Source: Phormidium sp. | Lineage (GTDB): Bacteria; Cyanobacteriota; Cyanobacteriia; Cyanobacteriales; Aerosakkonemataceae | DNA length: 64,000 nucleotides | Direction: 5' to 3' | Assembly: GCA_051013385.1 (NCBI GenBank) | Contig: CP143273.1 | Location: 896,001 to 960,000, forward strand | Shown here: in pieces, positions 1 through 9,768 of the stretch | Numbering within the stretch: position 1 is the stretch's first letter | How the letters are laid out: each line of letters starts with the position of its first letter | Notes under the pieces: model-generated | What the model saw: the letters and a program-made list of their open reading frames with translations, nothing else | Databases searched by the model: none | What the model was told of the DNA's origin: nothing | Position numbers and translations under genes: made by a program

Positions 1-606
1 AGAAACTTTAGAACCACCGATAATAGCTGCTAAAGGACGTTGAGGATTTTCGATCGCATTTTGCAGATATTCCAATTCCTTTTGAATCAAAAATCCCGCA
101 ACCGAAGGCTTCAAATATTTGGTAACACCTTCAGTAGAAGCATGGGCGCGGTGGGCAGTTCCAAAAGCATCATTAACATATAAATCTGCATTAGCAGCCA
201 GCTGCTTAGCAAATTCAGGATCGTTCTTTTCCTCTTCTGGGTGGAAGCGGACATTTTCTAGCAACAAAACGTCACCATTTTGCATTGCCCCAACTTTAGC
301 TGCAACGTCATCACCAATGCAATCGTCAGGTTTTACCACCTCTTGTCCCAACAATTCTGACAAACGTTCGGCAACCGGAGTCAGACGAGATTTTTCCTCA
401 ACTCCCTTTGGACGGCCAAAGTGGCTGCATAGGATAACCTTGGCTCCATTATCTTTCAAATAGTTGATGGTTGGCAAAGCAGCCCGGATGCGGGTGTCAT
501 CAGTGATTTTACCTGCATCTACAGGAACGTTGAAATCAGCCCTTACTAGGACTCTTTTGCCAGATAAGTCTGAGGACGTGAGATCTGCTACAGTTTTCTT
601 GGACAC
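1..606 (-). CDS. pgk: Phosphoglycerate kinase (5' part; runs off the window start)
   Basis: GTG at 604-606 with AGGAGGT RBS upstream; reverse strand reads [61 protein letters not shown], all PGK motifs. Not in the ORF track. Confidence 0.95.
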   Translation of the reverse strand, partial: MSKKTVADLTSSDLSGKRVLVRADFNVPVDAGKITDDTRIRAALPTINYLKDNGAKVILCSHFGRPKGVEEKSRLTPVAERLSELLGQEVVKPDDCIGDDVAAKVGAMQNGDVLLLENVRFHPEEEKNDPEFAKQLAANADLYVNDAFGTAHRAHASTEGVTKYLKPSVAGFLIQKELEYLQNAIENPQRPLAAIIGGSKVS

Positions 607-720
607 CGAAATAACCTCCTAAATGCTTTTTTTTGCGAAATCAGCGTGCCAACTTATGGTCGTCCGTTCTGTCTACGCAGTCCACATTTTACCGGAGTGA
701 GGGATCACGAGGTACGTTAA

Positions 721-1131
721 ATGTTTAAGACAGTTTTGTTTCCTGTGGATCAAAGTCGAGAAGCCCGTGAAGCGGCTGATGTAGTCACCAACATCGTGCA
801 AAAATACGGTAGTCGCCTCGTTTTGCTGTCGGTACTCGAACCACCAGCTGAGGGAGAGTCAGCCACTTCAGATGCGATGGCTTCGCCCATAGCAGTGGCA
901 GAATTATTGAAAACTGCCCAAACTCTGTTTGCCGATCAAGGAATCCTAGCAGATGTCATGGAACGTGAAGGCAAAGCCGCTTTTATGATCTGCGATGTCG
1001 CTGACGAAATTGACGCAGATTTGATCGTTATGGGTAGCCGAGGGTTAGGATTAACGGAAGAGGGCAGTACCGATAGTGTCACTTATCGCGTAATTAACCT
1101 TTCTCCCTGTCCTGTTTTGATTGTTCCCTAA
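721..1131 (+). CDS. Universal stress protein (single USP domain)
   Basis: MFKTVLFPVD..ADLIVMGSRG..SVTYRVINLSPCPVLIVP, USP signature. Confidence 0.9.
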   Translation: MFKTVLFPVDQSREAREAADVVTNIVQKYGSRLVLLSVLEPPAEGESATSDAMASPIAVAELLKTAQTLFADQGILADVMEREGKAAFMICDVADEIDADLIVMGSRGLGLTEEGSTDSVTYRVINLSPCPVLIVP

Positions 1132-1241
1132 TTGGTCATTGGTCATTGGTCATTGGTCATTGGTGAAAAGGTTAACAAATGACCAATGACAAATGGCAAA
1201 TAACAAATGACCAATGACAAATAACAAATGACAAATAACAA
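1132..1241. repeat. STRR-type heptamer tandem repeats (TTGGTCA) followed by inverted degenerate copies (TGACCAA/TGACAAA)
   Basis: attggtc repeated about 4-5 times at 1132-1163, then (caaatga/ccaatga/caaataa)n at 1176-1241. Confidence 0.85.
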
Positions 1242-2105
1242 ATGACTACTCCTGCGATTCAATGGTATCCCGGACATATTGCCAAAGCTGAGAAGGCACT
1301 CAAGGAACAGCTAAAGCTGGTAGATGTGGTGCTGGAAGTTCGGGATGCGCGAATTCCTTTGGCAACTCAACACCCGCAAGTTCCGCAGTGGGTGGGAAGT
1401 AAGGCGAGAGTGTTGGTACTCAACAGGATGGATATGATTCCGTCTCAAGTGCGCCAACTTTGGGAAAATTGGTTTGAGTCGCAGGGGGAAACTGCTTATT
1501 TTACTGATGCCCAACATGGTAAGGGTATCCAAGCTGTGACGCAAGCGGCGCAAGCGGCGGGGGTGGAGATGAATCGGAGACGGCGCGATCGCGGAATGCT
1601 TCCCCGTCCTGTTCGCGCTGTCGTCATCGGTTTTCCTAATGTGGGAAAATCAGCTTTAATCAATCGGTTGTTAAATAAAAGAGTAGTAGAAAGTGCCCGT
1701 CGTCCCGGAGTAACCAAACAATTACGTTGGGTCAGAATTTCTCAAGAAATTGAATTATTAGATGCGCCTGGAGTCATTCCCGGTAAGTTAAACGATCAAG
1801 AAGCAGCGATTAAATTAGCGATTTGTGAAGATATTGGCGAAGCATCCTATGATAATCAAAGAATCGCCTCGGAATTAGTAGAATTGTTCAACTATTTAGG
1901 AGATGTACATGGGAATTTTTTGCCCGGTTCTCCTTTGCAATCTCGTTACGGTTTGGATGCGAAAGAATGTACGGGTGAGGATTATTTAGTAAATTTAGCA
2001 AAAGAGCGTAATCAAGGCGATGTGGAACGGACAGCAAGGCAACTTTTGAATGATTTTCGTAAAGGTTTAATGGGTGCGATTCCTTTGGAATTACCACCTA
2101 GTTAA
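1242..2105 (+). CDS. ylqF: Ribosome biogenesis GTPase YlqF/RbgA
   Basis: IQWYPGHIAKA N-terminus, GFPNVGKS P-loop, LLDAPG; circularly permuted GTPase. Confidence 0.95.
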   Translation: MTTPAIQWYPGHIAKAEKALKEQLKLVDVVLEVRDARIPLATQHPQVPQWVGSKARVLVLNRMDMIPSQVRQLWENWFESQGETAYFTDAQHGKGIQAVTQAAQAAGVEMNRRRRDRGMLPRPVRAVVIGFPNVGKSALINRLLNKRVVESARRPGVTKQLRWVRISQEIELLDAPGVIPGKLNDQEAAIKLAICEDIGEASYDNQRIASELVELFNYLGDVHGNFLPGSPLQSRYGLDAKECTGEDYLVNLAKERNQGDVERTARQLLNDFRKGLMGAIPLELPPS

Positions 2106-2136
2106 ATGAAATTTTTATTAAGTGAGTAGAAAATTT

Positions 2137-2853
2137 ATGAAAAATAACGAAGATTACCCTCAAATTAACAGACGTAGTTTACTGAAATTAGCAGGAATTA
2201 CCGGACTGGTAGCAGCGGGAGCAATTGGGATTAAATTGATACCTACTTCTAAAAAAGTAGAAACAACAGATAAAAATATTACAGCCGATCGAGCATGGGA
2301 AATATTAAAAGCCGGAAATGAACGCTACGTTGCTAATAAACTTTCTCATCCGCATCAAACAGGACAGAGAATGGTGGAATTAGCAAAAGGTCAACAACCC
2401 TTTGCTATTGTCCTTGGTTGTGCTGATTCACGAGTTCCACCGGAAATTATTTTCGATCGAGGTTTGGGTGATTTATTTGTAATTAGGGTAGCGGGAAATA
2501 TTGTGGATGATGCGATCGCTGGTAGCATTGAATATGCTGCTGAAGAACTTAAGGTTCCGCTGCTAGTTGTACTCGGACATGAAAGATGTGGTGCTGTGAC
2601 TGCTGCTGTTAAAGGTGGCGAAGTTCCCGGAGAAATTAGTACTTTAGTTAATGCGATTAAACCAGCAGTAAAAAGTGTCAAAGGTTTACCTGGCGATCTA
2701 GTGGAAAATTCCGTCAAAGCCAATATAAAAATTGTAGTTAGTACATTGAAATCTAAATATCCTATGCTGTCTGAATTAGTCAAATCAAACAAATTAAAAA
2801 TTGTTGGCGGACGTTACGATTTGGACAGAGGCAAAGTTGATTTAATCGCTTAA
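2137..2853 (+). CDS. Beta-class carbonic anhydrase with twin-arginine signal
   Basis: NRRSLLK Tat-like motif plus hydrophobic stretch; GCADSRV, IRVAGN and GHERCGAV zinc-ligand motifs. ATG 2137 preferred over GTG 2122. Confidence 0.9.
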   Translation: MKNNEDYPQINRRSLLKLAGITGLVAAGAIGIKLIPTSKKVETTDKNITADRAWEILKAGNERYVANKLSHPHQTGQRMVELAKGQQPFAIVLGCADSRVPPEIIFDRGLGDLFVIRVAGNIVDDAIAGSIEYAAEELKVPLLVVLGHERCGAVTAAVKGGEVPGEISTLVNAIKPAVKSVKGLPGDLVENSVKANIKIVVSTLKSKYPMLSELVKSNKLKIVGGRYDLDRGKVDLIA

Positions 2854-3120
2854 AACTCAGAAAAATGAGATGTTCTGAGATCTTCCACCAGGATGCGGAG
2901 CCTGTCTAGTAGTTTTGTTCAATTTGCTTATTCGCAGTCAATCGGAGTAAAAAGCTAGTTTTTTAGCTTTTTCTTGGCATCCCTTAAAAAATTACCATAA
3001 AATTATATTATTGAAAGCATACTAAAAAAAAATACTTTTTCATATCCTTCTCATAGTTTAATGAAATAGGTATCAATTCAATGTGTGGTCTGAAATAGTG
3101 GAGTGTGAGGAAGCATAATT

Positions 3121-3852
3121 ATGGGTCGCATGGATGGTTTTATCGGTCGTCGTAATGTTTTAAAATGGGCGGGAATTGGAAGTGCGGGTTTAGCTGTTAG
3201 TACTGCTGGCGGGTTCCTTTGGGGCGCACAGGAAGCGGTAACTCCGCAGTTAGCAGAAGCGCAAACTAAACCCCAACCAGTTCTTCCTGACACAGCTTTG
3301 CAAAGAATCCTAGAAGGAAACAAAAGATTTGTTGCGGAAAAGCGGCAAAATTTGCCATCTCGATCGCGTTTACAAGAAACTGCTGTTGCACAGTTTCCTT
3401 TTGCTTCTATTCTCAGCTGTGCTGATTCACGGGTTCCAGCTGAAATCGTTATGGATCAGGGACTTGGGGATTTATTTGTAGTTCGTGTTGCGGGAAATGT
3501 TGCCAGTCAAACTGCCATAGGTAGCTTAGAATTTTCTACCGCAGTGTTAGGAACTCAGCTAATCATGGTTGTGGGGCATGAAAGATGTGGTGCAGTAGTA
3601 GCAGCAGTCAAAGGCGATCCACTTCCGGGAAGAATGGGGGTTTTTGTTGAAGAGATTAAACCAGCTGTGCGATCGATCAGAGGAAGAACAGGCGATCCTG
3701 TAGACAATGCGGTAGCTGCTAACGTGAAATATCAAGTAGAGAGCTTGAAGCAAAAATCCACTATTTTGTCTAACCTGATTACAGAAGGTAAGCTAAAAAT
3801 TGTGGGGGGTCGTTATGATTTGGATACTGGAGAATTAACAATTATTGCTTAA
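3121..3852 (+). CDS. Beta-class carbonic anhydrase with twin-arginine signal (paralog)
   Basis: GRRNVLK Tat-like motif, AEA cleavage-like site; SCADSRV, VRVAGN, GHERCGAV. Confidence 0.9.
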   Translation: MGRMDGFIGRRNVLKWAGIGSAGLAVSTAGGFLWGAQEAVTPQLAEAQTKPQPVLPDTALQRILEGNKRFVAEKRQNLPSRSRLQETAVAQFPFASILSCADSRVPAEIVMDQGLGDLFVVRVAGNVASQTAIGSLEFSTAVLGTQLIMVVGHERCGAVVAAVKGDPLPGRMGVFVEEIKPAVRSIRGRTGDPVDNAVAANVKYQVESLKQKSTILSNLITEGKLKIVGGRYDLDTGELTIIA

Positions 3853-3892
3853 TAACGAATTTATTCGTTACAACAAACTGGAGATTAAGAGA

Positions 3893-4672
3893 TTACAACT
3901 GTTTGATTTTATCTCCTAATCGTAAAATTTTTCCTGCTTCAGAAGCAGGAATTTTTGTATTAAGACTCAAGCGATAAAAGTGATTAAATCGAGATGAATT
4001 TACCCAATTTGGTAAAGTTTCGCGGCGTTTTTCGCTGAAGATTTTTTGAAAATTAGCGTAACTTTCGCCTGTTAACGAGTTGCGCGTCGGAACAATACAA
4101 CGTTGACAAGGGTTAATTCCCTCAAATATCACTTCGCCAATTTGAAATTTGACTACTTCTCCTTCACTGCCAAAAAGTAGATCTTCCCAAAAGGGAGGAA
4201 CGCCATTTATTTCCAAGTTAGTACGGAGGCGTTGGCGCATTTCGGTTACAGAAATTCCCGGAAACCAAGAGGCGACGGTTTCTAAGGTAGCGGTGCTAAT
4301 GACAGTTGGGCCAGAGGCAATGTTATCATCTGGAAAACCAGTAGTTGAGTTTCTCACTAATGTAACAGCAAAACCAAAATATTGACTTAACCAGGATTCT
4401 AGCTGGGAGCGATCGCTCTCGATATCAAATTCCTGTTTTTCTCCCGTTCCGTGAATTTCTAAACAGATAGTCTGTGTGTTGCTATTCCAAGACGATCGCA
4501 ATAAATGCACTAAAGCATTGCGTTTGCCATTGACAAACCGACCTTGTGTATCTACGATAGCGAATTCTCGGTCTTGGCACAAAGCACCGCAGGGTAACAC
4601 CTTTGCTTGGTTAACAGCTACTCCATCTAAGGATTTTATTGGATAAAGGGAAATACTAGCGAGATATGGCAT
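3893..4672 (-). CDS. MOSC domain protein
   Basis: LYPIKS N-terminal motif, DREFAIVD, RLRTNL, PCQRCIVP. Confidence 0.85.
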   Translation of the reverse strand: MPYLASISLYPIKSLDGVAVNQAKVLPCGALCQDREFAIVDTQGRFVNGKRNALVHLLRSSWNSNTQTICLEIHGTGEKQEFDIESDRSQLESWLSQYFGFAVTLVRNSTTGFPDDNIASGPTVISTATLETVASWFPGISVTEMRQRLRTNLEINGVPPFWEDLLFGSEGEVVKFQIGEVIFEGINPCQRCIVPTRNSLTGESYANFQKIFSEKRRETLPNWVNSSRFNHFYRLSLNTKIPASEAGKILRLGDKIKQL

Positions 4673-4891
4673 CTAAGTGGATTCTTTAACCTTGGTTAAC
4701 AATTGCTTGATCTGGTTAATCTTAATGTTACAGATGATACGCCTTTTCGTTACAAATCCAGTTATTGAAAGTACCTATTAGGTTAGACTGGAGACATCAT
4801 AAGGACAAGAAAAAGCTACTTCATCGGTAGATGTGTCAGTTTATATCAGGGGCGCTATTAGCAATAATAAATAGCAATAAAGGGTAAAAAA

Positions 4892-6532
4892 ATGGCAGAG
4901 CTTAAGCTGTGTGTCTACCTGGAAAATGAAGAAAAGATAATACCAGTAGATCGAGATGAATTTATTATAGGACGTTTACCAGATAACCATTTAAATCTGC
5001 CTTATTTTGGAATTTCTCGCTATCATGCGCGAATTTTTAAGCAAGGGGAAGGCAAATGGTTCATTGAAGATATGGGAAGTAAAAATGGTACTTTCTTAAA
5101 TGAAACAATGTTGACTAGTCCGGCAATTTTAGCACATAATGATTTGATTAAATTAGGGAATATTGATGCCCTAGTTATTTTGGATAATTCTACTTTACCA
5201 AGGGTGCGAAAATTCGATCAACCTGAATTGGATGAGGGAATGACTATTGTTCGCAATGTGAATGATTTGAAAGAACAATGGATACAAGCGGATAACTTAG
5301 CTGATAAAGTTAAACGACAAGAAACCTCGATCGCCCGCTTAAAAGACTTAGTTGATATCGCGCAAAGTTTAAACTCAGCTGAATCGATCGAAGAGATATT
5401 CTTAGCAGTTAAAAAAGTAGTTTTCCGTTACATTGAAAGTATGGAACGGTTAGGTTTGTTAATTGTTGATAATGAGACAGGGGACTTAAAACTATTTAAT
5501 GGAGCAGTTAAAGAAGTTTACTATTCTCACCCCTTACCTAATGATGCAAGTTGGATTAGTCGCAGTATATGTCAAACAGTATATGTAGAAAAGATAGCAA
5601 TTCAAACTTCTAATGCACAACTCGATGAAAGGTTCGGTAATGAAATTAGTATAATCACTAAAGATATTCACAGTGTAATGGCTGTTCCCTTATGGGATGA
5701 AACTAAAGTTGTTGGGGTTTTATATGCTGATGGACATATTCCCATTAGCGAATCAATTCAGCAAAAAGATGAAGATTTGAGCTTTTTTTCTACCTTAGCT
5801 AACTTAGTAGCTTCTAGTGTACAAAGATGGTTACTAACCCGGCAATTAAGGAATGAAGAAAAAATTCGTCATCGCTTAGAAAGATACCACTCTCCAGCGG
5901 TAGTACAACAAATGATGAAAGCGGGTAATTTATCAGACACTCGCTTAACTCCCAAAGAAAGCGAAATTAGTATTATGTTTGCTGATATCGTCGGTTTTAC
6001 AGCACTTTCAGAAAAGTTAACTCCAGCAAAAATTTCCGAATTACTAAATGCTTTTTTTGAGGAAATGTTGCAAGAAGTGTTTGCGGAAGGTGGAACTTTA
6101 GATAAATTTATTGGCGATTGTATTATGGCATTTTTTGGCGCACCAGAACCGCAACAGGATCACGCGGAAAGAGCTTTTAGAGCCGCGAAAGGAATGTTAG
6201 CCCGGTTAGCCAGAATGAATATAAATAAAGTGTTATTTCATCCTTTAGAATTACGAATTGCTATTAATAGCGGCAAGGCTGTTGTGGGAGATGTGGGTAG
6301 TACATTGCGGGTAGATTATACGGTTTTAGGTTCGACGATTAATTTAGCTTCGCGGATGGAATCAATCTGTCCTCCTGGTAAATTAATAGTTAGTGAAACA
6401 ACATATAAAATGTTGCAACCTTCTCAACGTTTAGAGTTAGAAGAAATGGGGGAATATCGGTTTAAAGGTATCGATCAACCTATACCAATTTATCTGATAA
6501 CTAAAAATTTATTGGCTACTAAACGCCAATAA
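4892..6532 (+). CDS. FHA-GAF-class III adenylate/guanylate cyclase (CyaD-like architecture)
   Basis: FHA (IGR..ISRYHA..DMGSKNGTFLN), GAF (SVMAVPL..VGVLYAD), cyclase (MFADIVGFT, DKFIGDCIMAFFG, TINLASRMES). Confidence 0.9.
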   Translation: MAELKLCVYLENEEKIIPVDRDEFIIGRLPDNHLNLPYFGISRYHARIFKQGEGKWFIEDMGSKNGTFLNETMLTSPAILAHNDLIKLGNIDALVILDNSTLPRVRKFDQPELDEGMTIVRNVNDLKEQWIQADNLADKVKRQETSIARLKDLVDIAQSLNSAESIEEIFLAVKKVVFRYIESMERLGLLIVDNETGDLKLFNGAVKEVYYSHPLPNDASWISRSICQTVYVEKIAIQTSNAQLDERFGNEISIITKDIHSVMAVPLWDETKVVGVLYADGHIPISESIQQKDEDLSFFSTLANLVASSVQRWLLTRQLRNEEKIRHRLERYHSPAVVQQMMKAGNLSDTRLTPKESEISIMFADIVGFTALSEKLTPAKISELLNAFFEEMLQEVFAEGGTLDKFIGDCIMAFFGAPEPQQDHAERAFRAAKGMLARLARMNINKVLFHPLELRIAINSGKAVVGDVGSTLRVDYTVLGSTINLASRMESICPPGKLIVSETTYKMLQPSQRLELEEMGEYRFKGIDQPIPIYLITKNLLATKRQ

Positions 6533-6556
6533 AAGTTACAAAATTTCGCGGATAAA

Positions 6557-8923
6557 TTAATTTTCACAGAAATTAGGATGGTTGTTTTCGCTAAAAGCTG
6601 AGCGATCGCGCCCTTGTTGTTTAGCACAATAAAGTGCTCGATCCGCAGCATTAATTAAGTCTTGCGGCGATGATGGAGCATCTGGAATCACACAAGTAAC
6701 TCCCAAGCTCACTGTCAAATGATTACTGACTAAAGATTGACTATGGGGAATCCTTAAATTATGAATTGCTTGGCGAATAAGTTCCGCTAAATGAGTTGCG
6801 CCTGACAAATCAGTGTAAGGAAGTATCACCACAAATTCTTCACCACCGTAGCGAGCAAATAAATCAGCTGGGCGGCGGAAAATATCACTAATAACTATTG
6901 CTACTTGGCGTAAACAATCATCTCCTGCTAAATGACCGTAAGTATCGTTATAAAGCTTAAAATAATCAATATCAAACAAAATTAAAGATAATGGTGCTTT
7001 TTCTCTTCTCAAACGTAACCATTCGGTGTTAAGATATTCATCAAATCGACGGCGATTAGCTATTTGAGTTAAACCATCAATAGTTGCTAATTTTTTTAAC
7101 TCCTCATTCGCTGCTTGTACTTGGTGATAAAGTTCTGATTGATAAATTGCCATTGCTAATTGATCTGCTATTTCTCTAGCTATTTCTATCTCTGATTCTT
7201 GCCAAGAATATTTTTGAGGTTTTAAAAGGCTCAGGCTACCCCAAGTCACTGAGTTAAAGTGTAATGGAATCAGTAACCAAGCGCCGGGAAAAGTCTGAGC
7301 TAAACGAGAATTAATTTCATCTTGACAAAGGCTAGCATTATTTAACTGGACAATTTTTAATTTGTTGAGTTGTGAAGAAATCGGATTGTCTCGATCGGGA
7401 ATTTTCTGCCCCATCAAGCTATTTATCTCATTCTTTTGCCGATACTCTGCTACTGTTAACCAAACTTTTTGCTCTGGTAAATACTGAAAAATAGCCACTT
7501 GCTCAACTTCTAAAAGTTCACCAATATCTGTAACAGCAGAGTCAAAAATAGTTGGTAAATCCAAGGAGTTGCGAATTATTTGAATGACTCGGTTTAGAGC
7601 TTCTTCTTTCTGCGCTTGCGATTGTAGTAATACTTCTAGCTGTTTACGTTCAGTAATATCTTGAACTGTACCAAATAGTTTAACTACTCGTCCTTGACTA
7701 TTAAAAACTGCTTCTCCTCTAGCTTGATTGTAGATAACTGCACCATCTTTACGAACTGCTTTAAAATCAATTTCAAAATATTTTCCCTCGCTAATTGCTC
7801 GGCTAACTGCCTGTAGTAATCTTTCTTTATCTTCAGGAAAACAAACTTGCAAAACTTCTTGGTAATCATATTCTTTGCGATCGCCAGAAAAGCCAAAAAT
7901 GCGGAATAACTCTTCTGAACCAACAATTTTTTTAGTAATTATATCTAATTCCCAATTGCCAATCCGAGCAACTCTTTGAGCCGCCGCAAGTTTGGCTTCG
8001 CTTTGTCGCAAAGCTTCTTCTGCTTGTTTGCGAACAGTAATATCTTCACAAACAATTACCGTATATAAAAGAGAACCATCTTTATTTTTAATTAAAGATA
8101 CTGACAAGCGTCCCCAAACAACTGCTTTATCCTTGCGGATATAACGTTTATCAATTACATAGCTACCTATTTCTCCTGCTAATAACGACTTGTATAATTC
8201 CACATCTATTGCTAGATCTTCGGGATGGGTAAATTCCGTAAAGTGCATCCCAATAAGTTCTTCTTGGGGATAACCAAGAAACTGACAATCTGCTTCGTTA
8301 GCTAATATGGTGTATCCATCAACATTAACTAATGCCATGCCTACCGAAACATTGTCAAAAACAGAACGAAACTTTTGTTCACTCTGCCGCAATCTTTCTT
8401 CTATTTCTTTGCGATCGCTAATATCAACCATCGAGCCAACCATACGGATAGCATGACCATTAGCATCTCGCACTGCTTTACCTTGACCGAGAAACCAACC
8501 ATAACTACCATCTGCCTTTTTTAATCGCATTTCACACTTATATGGCTGATTAAATTCTAAATGTTCTTGAATTGCCTGGATGACTCTTATCCGATCTTCT
8601 TCGTGAATTAATTCATAAAATAAGTCTAAACTCGGATGACAACTTCCCGGAACTAAACCAAGTAAAACCAACAACTTATCCGACCAAAATAAAGTATCAT
8701 TTTTGATATCCCAATCCCAAATTCCATCATTAGTAGCGTCCATTATAAACTGTAATCGTTCATAATTTTGGGATAAATCTGTTTCAGGTTGCAGCTGTTT
8801 TTGTAATATCATTTTTTGGGGAAGCTGTTCTTCTATTTTATTAATTAACCGATTGTTGCGCCAAATCAGCACATAAAAAGCAATTAATGCCAGTAAGGTT
8901 TCAAAAAAATAATTAAACCTCAC
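6557..8923 (-). CDS. Multi-PAS/GAF diguanylate cyclase
   Basis: Three PAS/PAC repeats, a GAF, DGLTQIANRR, RPAD I-site and RYGGEEF active site. Confidence 0.9.
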   Translation of the reverse strand: MRFNYFFETLLALIAFYVLIWRNNRLINKIEEQLPQKMILQKQLQPETDLSQNYERLQFIMDATNDGIWDWDIKNDTLFWSDKLLVLLGLVPGSCHPSLDLFYELIHEEDRIRVIQAIQEHLEFNQPYKCEMRLKKADGSYGWFLGQGKAVRDANGHAIRMVGSMVDISDRKEIEERLRQSEQKFRSVFDNVSVGMALVNVDGYTILANEADCQFLGYPQEELIGMHFTEFTHPEDLAIDVELYKSLLAGEIGSYVIDKRYIRKDKAVVWGRLSVSLIKNKDGSLLYTVIVCEDITVRKQAEEALRQSEAKLAAAQRVARIGNWELDIITKKIVGSEELFRIFGFSGDRKEYDYQEVLQVCFPEDKERLLQAVSRAISEGKYFEIDFKAVRKDGAVIYNQARGEAVFNSQGRVVKLFGTVQDITERKQLEVLLQSQAQKEEALNRVIQIIRNSLDLPTIFDSAVTDIGELLEVEQVAIFQYLPEQKVWLTVAEYRQKNEINSLMGQKIPDRDNPISSQLNKLKIVQLNNASLCQDEINSRLAQTFPGAWLLIPLHFNSVTWGSLSLLKPQKYSWQESEIEIAREIADQLAMAIYQSELYHQVQAANEELKKLATIDGLTQIANRRRFDEYLNTEWLRLRREKAPLSLILFDIDYFKLYNDTYGHLAGDDCLRQVAIVISDIFRRPADLFARYGGEEFVVILPYTDLSGATHLAELIRQAIHNLRIPHSQSLVSNHLTVSLGVTCVIPDAPSSPQDLINAADRALYCAKQQGRDRSAFSENNHPNFCEN

Positions 8924-9089
8924 TAAAATCGCCTTTTTTTTTGCTATTGTAACATTAATTCCATAACCCTAAATAAAGCAATTGTTCTAAATATGGGATA
9001 CCCATTTATTATATAGGCTGATAAAAGTATGTTATATTGCTCATTACTATACACACTTGAATAAGTGTATAGTTTATTAAACAATAACT

Positions 9090-9300
9090 AAAAAAAAATC
9101 AGGGAATCGGAACCTAACCTAGAAGATTGCGTATAATTTGCATTTCCCTGGTAACATTCATTAGAGAAATACCATTGTTGCCCTAAAGCAGAAAGGCTTT
9201 TATCTCAGTGGAGCAATTCATCTGCCGTTACAGAGCAGTTTAACGGGAGATGAATTGCGACCAACGTTCCTCAAATTGAGTGCAACGAATCCCTGATTTT
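9090..9300 (-). ncRNA. Candidate structured ncRNA, 6S (SsrS/SsaA)-like
   Basis: Terminal stem ATCAGGGA(T/A)TCG (9098-9109 pairs with 9286-9297) followed by a T-run on the minus strand; internal GAGATAAAAGCCTTTCTGCTTTAG resembles cyanobacterial 6S RNA as recalled; extra hairpin 9213-9258. Confidence 0.4.
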
Positions 9301-9390
9301 TGTTAAAATATTAACAGGTTGCTGACCGTGAGAACGTGAGGAAACAGGTAAAACGTCCTACTCCGTGATCTCAAAATTCCTAACAGTCAA

Positions 9391-9615
9391 TGGTGTAAAA
9401 GTAAGTCCACACTGTAAGGACAAAAAAGAAATCAAATAGGGTAGGGCATACCCGAATTCACGCTTGGGGAGTAGTCCAGAAGAGTGCTTGCCCTAAAAGG
9501 TGTAGTCGGACTAGAGATGAAACTGTAAGACCAAATCTGACACAAGTTGGTGGAGGCAAGATTCAGCCCAAGAATCTCCCGTTACATCCGTCAGGATTAA
9601 CGGCGAGAGTGTCAA
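9391..9615 (+). mobile_element. Non-autonomous IS200/IS605 (IS1341/tnpB-type) derivative carrying an omegaRNA-like right end, no ORF
   Basis: GGTAGGGCATACCCGAATTCACGCTTGGGGAG ... CCAAGAATCTCCC-hairpin-GAGAGTGTCAA resembles the 3' region of cyanobacterial tnpB elements; ends in TCAA; left boundary inferred. Confidence 0.65.
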
Positions 9616-9768
9616 ATTTGATCAGGAAACAGTTAGCTCCTCACCGGGGTACTCTTGCATCACGATGAAGCTACCTGTTGCTGACCAAGGGAGTGTTTGC
9701 CAAGTCCAGTTCTCAACTAGTATGCTGCTGTAGTTGTTTGCACAAAGCAGCAGACTCTTCAAAAGCGT

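Noticed and set aside
119..463. 114-aa plus-strand ORF
   Set aside because: Antisense shadow of pgk.
4727..4740. Possible NtcA site (GTA-N8-AAC on the minus strand); similar one at about 45756
   Set aside because: Imperfect match in AT-rich DNA with no supporting context.
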